From an uncultured virus (IMG/VR IMGVR_UViG_3300023703_000810) (Duplodnaviria > Heunggongvirae > Uroviricota > Caudoviricetes), in IMG/VR virus record IMGVR_UViG_3300023703_000810: a DNA stretch of 59,919 nucleotides. One strand, given 5' to 3'. The position numbers were made by a program, and so were the translations under genes. Each line of letters begins with the position of its first letter. Positions within the stretch are counted from its first letter, which is position 1. Positions 53,884-59,802 of the stretch are shown piece after piece. The notes under the pieces were generated by a model. That model saw nothing but the letters and a program-made list of their open reading frames with translations, was not told the DNA's origin and searched no databases.

Positions 53884-54393
53884 ATGTTCTACTATCTCTA
53901 TGAAGTAAAAAACGATGTAAATGGTAAAATTTACGTCGGTGTTCATAAAACAACAGACATGAATGATGGCTATATGGGCTCTGGTTCTATTATCAAACGT
54001 GCCATCAAGAAATATGGAATTGATAATTTTACCAAAACAGTGTTAGAAACCTTTAACTCAGAAGAGGAAATGTTCCAAAGAGAAAAAGAGTTTGTAACCG
54101 ATGAGTTCTTAATGCGTGAAGATGTCTACAATTTAAGGCGTGGTGGTCTGGGTGGTTTTGATCATATCAATAAACTCGGTATCAACACCAAAAATATATG
54201 GTCAGATGAAGTCTCTGAACGTAGAGCCAAGACTAGAAAAGAGAAAAAGTTTCAACAAGGTTGTAATAATACTCAGTTCGGTTCTATGTGGATAACTGAT
54301 GGTTCTTCTAATAAGAAGATTCCAAAAGATTCAGAGATTCCATTTGGTTGGAGAAAGGGTGCCACATTGAGTGGACGCCCTAAGAAAGTTTAG
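53884..54393 (+). CDS. GIY-YIG (Seg-like) homing endonuclease in the tRNA array
   Basis: YLYEVKN..NGKIYVGVH...YMGSG...YNL; CTAAATA promoter upstream. Confidence 0.88.
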   Translation: MFYYLYEVKNDVNGKIYVGVHKTTDMNDGYMGSGSIIKRAIKKYGIDNFTKTVLETFNSEEEMFQREKEFVTDEFLMREDVYNLRRGGLGGFDHINKLGINTKNIWSDEVSERRAKTRKEKKFQQGCNNTQFGSMWITDGSSNKKIPKDSEIPFGWRKGATLSGRPKKV

Positions 54394-54467
54394 GTCTCAA
54401 AGTGTTCATGGACGCACGTAGCACTGTCACTGCTAAAGAAGGGGATCGTTACCCCTTGAGACCGCCA
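54393..54467 (+). tRNA. tRNA-Asp(GTC), atypical T loop
   Basis: TAGCA-CTGTCAC-TGCTA; GGTCTCA/TGAGACC; G73. Confidence 0.82.
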
Positions 54468-54470
54468 AGT

Positions 54471-54633
54471 TTTGTAAGTGTAGATGTTGAGAAAGCAGGA
54501 ACTCGAAATCCCTGCGAGTTGTCAGTGCGACAACCTTGTATCAACTATTACTACGTACCTCTAACCAGTCTGCAGCTTCAAAGAAAATACTGGTAAAATG
54601 ATGGAAAATGAGCGAGGTTCCATTACTTACAAA
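54471..54633 (+). ncRNA. Unknown ~160-nt structured RNA
   Basis: TTTGTAAGT/ACTTACAAA closure; GCAGG/CCTGC, GTTGTC/GACAAC, ACCAGT/ACTGGT helices. Confidence 0.5.
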
Positions 54634-54642
54634 TTTAATTCG

Positions 54643-54650
54643 TATAAATA
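54643..54650 (+). promoter_or_regulatory. T4-type late promoter directly before the suppressor tRNA
   Basis: TATAAATA. Confidence 0.7.
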
Positions 54651-54657
54651 CGATTAT

Positions 54658-54732
54658 GCGTTTGAAGCTGTATGGTATAGCAGGAGCCTCTAAAACTCTG
54701 GATAGCAGGTTCGATTCCTGTCAGACGCACCA
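54658..54732 (+). tRNA. Amber suppressor tRNA (CTA)
   Basis: GCGTTTG/CAGACGC acceptor, loop CTCTAAA, GCAGG-TTCGATT-CCTGT, A73 CCA. Confidence 0.85.
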
Positions 54733-54754
54733 CTTTTTATTGAAAGGAAAACAG

Positions 54755-54790
54755 ATGAAAGATTTCCGTTTGTAGATTCGCCCTCCGTAA
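54755..54790 (+). promoter_or_regulatory. Amber-containing leader minigene MKDFRL*IRPP*
   Basis: AAAGGA RBS; followed by anti-SD TTTCTTCTTG (54792-54801) complementary to CAAGGAGAAA (54828-37). Confidence 0.6.
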
Positions 54791-54841
54791 GTTTCTTCTT
54801 GGGCATTGAAAACAATTTTATAAAACACAAGGAGAAATTAA

Positions 54842-55222
54842 ATGAGTATCGAATTAAAAATTAAAGCAAAACACCTCGCTCTTGAGCCACAAGTTATTCG
54901 TCACGAAGAAGCTAAACTTAAGAAGCAAATCAAGTATCATCGTTCAAGCGACGAAGTATCAGCCTTTACTCTGGCACGAAAGCTAGATGAGTTGATTACC
55001 CATCGTCGTTGGAATGTCCGTAACGAATCCCGAGCAACTACCTTGGCAAGAGCGTTTCTTGCAGGTAAAATGTACTCTTCTGTTGAGAAGAGAAGCAAAG
55101 CGAATGATATGATGTTCTTTATGTACATCCTACCTCGCATACATGTTATGGTGACAAAGTACGGTAAAGGTGACCAACGCAAGATGACACGTGATGACAT
55201 CTGGCAATGGTCAAAGAAGTAA
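54842..55222 (+). CDS. Basic hypothetical protein (ESRATTLARAFLAGKMY..VE motif)
   Basis: AAGGAG RBS, 126-aa ORF. Confidence 0.8.
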   Translation: MSIELKIKAKHLALEPQVIRHEEAKLKKQIKYHRSSDEVSAFTLARKLDELITHRRWNVRNESRATTLARAFLAGKMYSSVEKRSKANDMMFFMYILPRIHVMVTKYGKGDQRKMTRDDIWQWSKK

Positions 55223-55227
55223 ATTAT

Positions 55228-55303
55228 TGCGGCGTGGAGAAATGGTATCTCATCAGTCTCATAAGCTGAAGATAGTAGGTTCGATTCCTACCGTTCGCAA
55301 CCA
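55228..55303 (+). tRNA. tRNA-Met(CAT), initiator-like
   Basis: TCAGT-CTCATAA-GCTGA; A11:U24-type D stem; AACCA end. Confidence 0.8.
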
Positions 55304-55309
55304 AGTTTT

Positions 55310-55371
55310 AGGATAGTTACAGCACTCAAAAAGCTAACTATGGTTGTCTAGCGACAAAAGCTATCCTGTTG
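55310..55371 (+). ncRNA. Helix-CNGCA family RNA copy 4
   Basis: AGGATAG/CTATCCT, TTACAGCA, 3' GTTG. Confidence 0.7.
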
Positions 55372-55383
55372 ATTAAGACCGTT

Positions 55384-55501
55384 AGAATCGTTACAGCAAT
55401 TAAAATAATCTTTCTGTAAAAAAGAGGGTCTGGGTTCGAGTCCCAGCGCAGAGTTGGTCTTCTGTGTGGTGTAATGGTAGCACGTAAAAAGCGATTCTGT
55501 T
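55384..55501 (+). ncRNA. Helix-CNGCA family RNA copy 5, with a circularly permuted tRNA-Tyr-like domain
   Basis: AGAATCG/CGATTCT; order anticodon arm, T arm, closed acceptor stem, D arm. Confidence 0.78.
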
Positions 55502-55505
55502 ATTT

Positions 55506-55579
55506 GCCCTTGTAGTATATTGGTATTACAGTTGCCTTGTAAGCATCAAAAGAAGGTTCGATTCCTTACTGGGGCACCA
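55506..55579 (+). tRNA. tRNA-Thr(TGT)
   Basis: Loop CTTGTAA; CCA. Confidence 0.85.
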
Positions 55580-55705
55580 TATTGAAATACATTCATCATT
55601 GATAGTAGACTTCGAGCAACTTGGTTAATAGTTGAGTCTCACTATGAAGCAGCCTAACCAGCGCGATGAAAAGACCCCTGACGTCGAGAGTGTGTTTCAA
55701 TATGG
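55577..55705 (+). ncRNA. Long-helix spacer element starting at the tRNA CCA
   Basis: CCATATTGAAATACATTC/GAGTGTGTTTCAATATGG. Confidence 0.55.
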
Positions 55706-55779
55706 TGATGTAGTTCAGTTGGTAGAACACCTCCTTCATACGGAGATTGTCGGGAGTTCAAGTCTCTCCATCACCACCA
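55704..55779 (+). tRNA. tRNA-Met(CAT)
   Basis: CTCC-TTCATAC-GGAG; CCA. Confidence 0.85.
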
Positions 55780-55836
55780 AAGCCTCGCCCTTACACATGG
55801 CGTATAATGAGATAAGTAGTGTGTAACGAATTTTAT

Positions 55837-55911
55837 GCCTCGTTAACTCAGCGGTAGAGTAGCTCCCTTACAAGGAGACGGTCGGCGGTTCAATCCCGTC
55901 ACGAGGTACCA
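55837..55911 (+). tRNA. tRNA-Val(TAC)
   Basis: CTCC-CTTACAA-GGAG; CCA. Confidence 0.88.
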
Positions 55912-55916
55912 GTTTT

Positions 55917-56028
55917 AGGATGTTTCCCGCAAATATTTTTAACTTTAAGCCAAACAGCAGGTTCGGTTCGATTCCGACTAGTAGTGTAATGGTAGCACAG
56001 CCGTCAAAAGTAAAAAAGCATCCTGTTG
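55917..56028 (+). ncRNA. Helix-CNGCA family RNA copy 6, with permuted T arm then D arm
   Basis: AGGATGT/GCATCCT; TCGG-TTCGATT-CCGA then GTGT-AATGGTA-GCAC. Confidence 0.75.
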
Positions 56029-56032
56029 ATTT

Positions 56033-56106
56033 CTCGGGTTAGTTTAGTGGTAAAACTCGTGGTTTGGGACCATGGGTCGGAAGTTCGATTCTTCCACCCG
56101 AGACCA
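56033..56106 (+). tRNA. tRNA-Pro(TGG)
   Basis: CGTGG-TTTGGGA-CCATG; C1:G72. Confidence 0.9.
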
Positions 56107-56160
56107 ATATTGAGATACGTGTTTTCCTAAGTAATAGCATGTGCTACAAAAGGTAATAAC

Positions 56161-56619
56161 ATGAGAAATGACATAGAACCAAGAAAAGAAGAAATTCTTG
56201 GTTGGATTGCAGAAGATAGATCAAAAGCTGAGATAGCTAAACTTCTTTGTTGTCGGGTTGGTACTCTTCAAAATGCCCTCTCTAGGATGGGTATTGAGTA
56301 TAACGGTAATAAAGGTAGTAGAGGTAGAAAATCAGACAAGAAATATAAATCTGCTGAGGTTTATATGACAGGAGATACCTATATCTCTAGTCATAGATTA
56401 AAATTAAAACTTATCAGAGACGGTGTTAAAGAACACCGTTGTGAAGTTTGTGGTACTACAGAATGGATGGGAAATCCTGTTCCAGTTGAATTGGATCATA
56501 TTGATGGTAATCGCTACAATAATGATCTAAGTAATCTGAGAATTATTTGTCCAAACTGTCATGCACAAACTGATACATATTCTGGTAAGAATGTAGGTAA
56601 GTATGGGGATGTGATGTAA
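56161..56619 (+). CDS. HNH homing endonuclease
   Basis: CEVC...ELDHIDGN..NN...NL..ICPNCH; 3' end overlaps tRNA-Leu. Confidence 0.9.
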   Translation: MRNDIEPRKEEILGWIAEDRSKAEIAKLLCCRVGTLQNALSRMGIEYNGNKGSRGRKSDKKYKSAEVYMTGDTYISSHRLKLKLIRDGVKEHRCEVCGTTEWMGNPVPVELDHIDGNRYNNDLSNLRIICPNCHAQTDTYSGKNVGKYGDVM

Positions 56620-56688
56620 TTGGTAGCCATGCGAGTCTTAGAAGCTCGTGCCTTGTGCGTGTCGGTTCGAGTCCGACTATCCCCACCA
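56605..56688 (+). tRNA. tRNA-Leu(TAG)
   Basis: CGAGT-CTTAGAA-GCTCG. Confidence 0.9.
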
Positions 56689-56693
56689 ATTAT

Positions 56694-56769
56694 TCTCCTA
56701 TAGCTCAGTTGGTAGAGCGTTTGACTGTTAATCAAAATGTCCGTGGTTCGAGCCCACGTAGGGGAGCCA
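56694..56769 (+). tRNA. tRNA-Asn(GTT)
   Basis: TTTGA-CTGTTAA-TCAAA; G73. Confidence 0.93.
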
Positions 56770-56777
56770 AGTTTAAT

Positions 56778-56853
56778 GCTGCTTTAGCTCATTTGGTAGA
56801 GCAACGCTCTAGTAAGGCGTGGGTGGTCAGTTCGAATCCGACAAGCAGCACCA
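56778..56853 (+). tRNA. tRNA-Thr(AGT)
   Basis: ACGCT-CTAGTAA-GGCGT; GCTGCTT/AAGCAGC. Confidence 0.9.
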
Positions 56854-56867
56854 GTTAGGAGATTTTT

Positions 56868-57035
56868 ATGAGTGACGGTGGTAAAGGCGACAAACGTCGT
56901 CCAGAAGATAAAGATCAATGGGACAACGGATACGATCGTATCTGGGGTAACAAAAAGAAAGTCGATGAGTCTGAAGACAAACCGACTAGAAATAATGAAG
57001 AGACCCAAGAAGTCTTGAAACTGAAAGATAACTAA
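56868..57035 (+). CDS. 55-aa conserved phage peptide (MSDGGKGDKRRP...YDRIWG)
   Basis: AGGAG RBS; TAATG-coupled to the next gene. Confidence 0.7.
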   Translation: MSDGGKGDKRRPEDKDQWDNGYDRIWGNKKKVDESEDKPTRNNEETQEVLKLKDN

Positions 57036-58507
57036 TGATTACTGTTGGTATCGGTAAGGCATATCATGACTGCAGTATTTGTGTTAATGTTGATGGTGTA
57101 GTTAAATATGCTAAATGGGAAAGACAAGTACAAGATAAACATGCTAAAGCCCCTGACTGGTGGTTTTGGCAAAAGCTATCTGATTGGAATATACCGTTCG
57201 ACCAGATTGATTTAATTGTAGAAACCGATGGCGGTGGTGTATCAAACTTTCATAAGATAACAAGACTACCATATGGTGGTAATACATCAATTCGAAAGAA
57301 TAAAAAACATTTTATACTTGATCATCATTTAGCTCATGTGTGGTCTATATCATCGTATAATAATGATAATGCTGTAGTCATTGATGGTAAAGGTTCTGGT
57401 GACCATACTGTTATGGTAAAGAATAATGATAACATAACAAGACTAAAGTGTAGTAATCCAGCGCATATTTTTGATAATATTGGTAAGATACTAAATCTTG
57501 GTTCTAAGCATACAGACTATGCTGGTAAAGTAATGGGGTTAATCCCATATGGAAAGCCAGTAAAAGAAGTTTTTGATTTACTAAAAAAAATTAGTTCGAA
57601 TAATTTATCTGATTGCTTAAAATGCGTAAATATAGGTACGAATTCTCCTCCAGACGAGAAATCTTGTTTTGATGATGATTGGATTAAACGTCTAAACGCA
57701 ATTTCAACTGTTAACGAAATTTGTTATGATTTTGTTAAGTTACAGTTTAGCTCTCTGGACAAATCTAAACCTGTTTATTATTCTGGCGGTGTCGCTTTGA
57801 ATGTTGACTGGAATCGAAGACTACTAGATGATGGTTACAACTTAATAGTTGAACCTGCTTCTTATGATGGTGGATTGTCTATTGGTTGTATGAGATATGC
57901 ATGCTACATGCTTAAAGTTGATCAGCCAGTGATTAAAGATTTTCCTTATATCCAAGATGATGAGGCTCCAGATTCCACTCCATCTATTTCAACGATTAAA
58001 AAAGTAGCTGAGATGCTCGCTAACGGTAAGATTGTAGGATGGTATCAGGGACATGGTGAACTTGGACCACGTGCTCTAGGTAATAGATCTATTCTAATGA
58101 ATCCAACGATCAAAGATGGTAAGGATATTTTGAATAGTAAAGTCAAACGTAGAGAATGGTTTAGACCTTTCGGTGCCAGCGTTAAGAAAGATAAAGCAAG
58201 TAAGTATTTTGATTTGGATGAAAATCCATACATGCTATTTACTGCGAATGTTATTGATAAGAACTTACCTGCAATAACTCACGTTGATGGCACTTGTCGT
58301 CACCAGACAGTTACTGTAGAATCAAACAGATTGTTCTATTCTCTGTTAGATGAGTTTGAATCATTAACAGGATTGCCAGTATTGTTGAATACCTCGTTGA
58401 ATCTAGGTGGTAAACCTATAGCTGGCAGAATACAAGATGCAATTGAATTGTTCAATACTACAGAGATGGATGCTCTTTGTGTTGGTGATACGTTGTATAT
58501 AAAATAA
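57035..58507 (+). CDS. NodU/CmcH-family O-carbamoyltransferase
   Basis: HDCS, DHHLAH, GKVMGL, GGVALN, ELGPRALGNRS, REWFRPF, LNTSLN. Confidence 0.93.
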   Translation: MITVGIGKAYHDCSICVNVDGVVKYAKWERQVQDKHAKAPDWWFWQKLSDWNIPFDQIDLIVETDGGGVSNFHKITRLPYGGNTSIRKNKKHFILDHHLAHVWSISSYNNDNAVVIDGKGSGDHTVMVKNNDNITRLKCSNPAHIFDNIGKILNLGSKHTDYAGKVMGLIPYGKPVKEVFDLLKKISSNNLSDCLKCVNIGTNSPPDEKSCFDDDWIKRLNAISTVNEICYDFVKLQFSSLDKSKPVYYSGGVALNVDWNRRLLDDGYNLIVEPASYDGGLSIGCMRYACYMLKVDQPVIKDFPYIQDDEAPDSTPSISTIKKVAEMLANGKIVGWYQGHGELGPRALGNRSILMNPTIKDGKDILNSKVKRREWFRPFGASVKKDKASKYFDLDENPYMLFTANVIDKNLPAITHVDGTCRHQTVTVESNRLFYSLLDEFESLTGLPVLLNTSLNLGGKPIAGRIQDAIELFNTTEMDALCVGDTLYIK

Positions 58508-58508
58508 T

Positions 58509-58585
58509 GACTCGGTAGCTCCAATTGGCAGAGCAGGGGATTCCAAATCCTCGTGTTGGGGGTTCGAATCCCTCTCGGGTCGCCA
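58509..58585 (+). tRNA. tRNA-Trp(CCA)
   Basis: GGGGA-TTCCAAA-TCCTC; G73. Confidence 0.9.
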
Positions 58586-58590
58586 TTTAT

Positions 58591-58667
58591 GCGGGTATAG
58601 TGTTTAACGGCTAGCACGTAAGTCTTCCAAACTCAAAGTTGGGGTTCGAATCCCCATACCCGCTCCA
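58591..58667 (+). tRNA. tRNA-Gly(TCC)
   Basis: Loop CTTCCAA; U73. Confidence 0.9.
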
Positions 58668-58697
58668 ATTTTTTAATGAGGTGAAAAGAGGTGTAAT

Positions 58698-59180
58698 ATG
58701 CGTAAAATCGATATCGATGAAGTTAAAGCATTCATCGAGGCTCAAAGTCCAGAAACTAAAATCTACATTGGTGGAGATTCTGAACGATTTAATATTGGTA
58801 AAGACTGGTATGCAGATTACACACTCGCCGTAGTAGTACACATCGATGGTAAACATGGATGTAAGATCTTCGGTGAAGTACAACGCGAACGTGACTACGA
58901 TCAAAAGAAGAATCGTCCACGTATGCGTTTAATGAATGAAGTTTACAAAGTAGCAGAATTGTACCAAAAGTTGCATGACGTTTTGGAAGATCGTGATGTT
59001 CAAATCCACTTGGACATCAACCCTAACGAAATGCATGGTAGCTCTTGTGTTATCAACGAAGCAACTGGCTACATTCGTGGTATGTGCAACGTAGTGCCAA
59101 TGGTTAAACCAAATGCATTCGCTGCTTCTTACTGCGCTGATAGAATGAAACACATTCTGAGCAACCGTAAGGCTGCCTAA
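58698..59180 (+). CDS. RNase H-like YkuK (DUF458) protein
   Basis: IYIGGDS, RLMNEV, IHLDIN, KPNAFAASYCAD. Confidence 0.85.
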   Translation: MRKIDIDEVKAFIEAQSPETKIYIGGDSERFNIGKDWYADYTLAVVVHIDGKHGCKIFGEVQRERDYDQKKNRPRMRLMNEVYKVAELYQKLHDVLEDRDVQIHLDINPNEMHGSSCVINEATGYIRGMCNVVPMVKPNAFAASYCADRMKHILSNRKAA

Positions 59181-59222
59181 ATAGATTACCAGCTAGACTG
59201 GAACAGGTGGAGACACCTTTCG

Positions 59223-59251
59223 TGCAGAGGAATCCCCTCTGCACTTTTTTT
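59223..59251 (+). terminator. Intrinsic terminator
   Basis: GTGCAGAGG-AATCC-CCTCTGCAC plus T tract. Confidence 0.85.
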
Positions 59252-59272
59252 ATAAAAAGAACAAAATACTTG

Positions 59273-59301
59273 TTGACTTACAACGTAAGTTGATGTATAA
59301 T
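59273..59301 (+). promoter_or_regulatory. sigma70 promoter for ncRNA copy 7
   Basis: TTGACT-N17-TATAAT. Confidence 0.8.
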
Positions 59302-59313
59302 TTAGTCTGAATT

Positions 59314-59588
59314 GGGATGATTACAGCATTTTAAACAATACTGTGCTAAGAGTAGTTTCAACAGGAGGAAACGTCGTAAGGCGTCATAACTGAAACTAGG
59401 TTGGAAAGACTATTGCATGCTCTTATGCCTTGTGCCCCTATTAGGGGTCAGATAGTTACACCCGAATGTGTACCAAGTTGCCTGAACTTGTCAGGCTATA
59501 CCAGCGAACTGGACGATTCTCGTGGGGCTAAGCCGAAAGGAGCACGATGGTTTAAGTAACCAAAATTATTTACCCGTTCATCCCGTTA
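59314..59588 (+). ncRNA. Helix-CNGCA family RNA copy 7 (~275 nt, multi-hairpin)
   Basis: GGGATGA/TCATCCC, TTACAGCA, 3' GTT; no long ORF. Confidence 0.7.
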
Positions 59589-59594
59589 TTTTTG

Positions 59595-59623
59595 TTGACT
59601 TTATTCTAGGTGTGAAGTAGAAT
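59595..59623 (+). promoter_or_regulatory. sigma70 promoter for ncRNA copy 8 and the downstream gene
   Basis: TTGACT-N17-TAGAAT. Confidence 0.7.
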
Positions 59624-59634
59624 AGAGTTTCGTT

Positions 59635-59761
59635 AGGTTAGTTTCAGCAATCAACAGCGACTAATAATCGCATCGTTTGATGATGTCACCGAAAGGTTAC
59701 ATTATCTCTCATGTTAGCTAGATCATGAGAAAATAAAATCGGGCAAAGAACTAACCTGTTG
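59635..59761 (+). ncRNA. Helix-CNGCA family RNA copy 8 (~127 nt)
   Basis: AGGTTAGTT/AACTAACCT, TTTCAGCAA, 3' GTTG. Confidence 0.72.
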
Positions 59762-59802
59762 TCCCTTAGGCGAATCCTCGCCTGTTACTTGAAAGAAAAT
59801 AT

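Noticed and set aside
50856..56028. tRNA-associated HDV-like (theta) ribozymes
   Set aside because: The position after tRNA 3' ends is similar, but I could not build the nested double pseudoknot or its catalytic-C junction; these elements are closed by one terminal helix. A motif search would settle it.
49538..56858. Track ORFs of 60-80 aa overlapping tRNA genes or promoters (e.g. 49931, 51346, 51929, 53625, 54402, 55632, 56655)
   Set aside because: They are translations of tRNA, ncRNA or promoter sequence.
59314..59588. tmRNA, RNase P RNA or group I intron
   Set aside because: No Ala-tRNA-like ends with CCA, no recognisable RNase P P4 motifs, and no interrupted host gene.
49987..59761. CRISPR array or simple tandem repeats explaining the recurrent AGGAT...ATCCTGTTG motif
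   Set aside because: Copies are dispersed, differ in sequence with compensatory changes and enclose variable structured cargo; there is no repeat-spacer periodicity and no cas genes.
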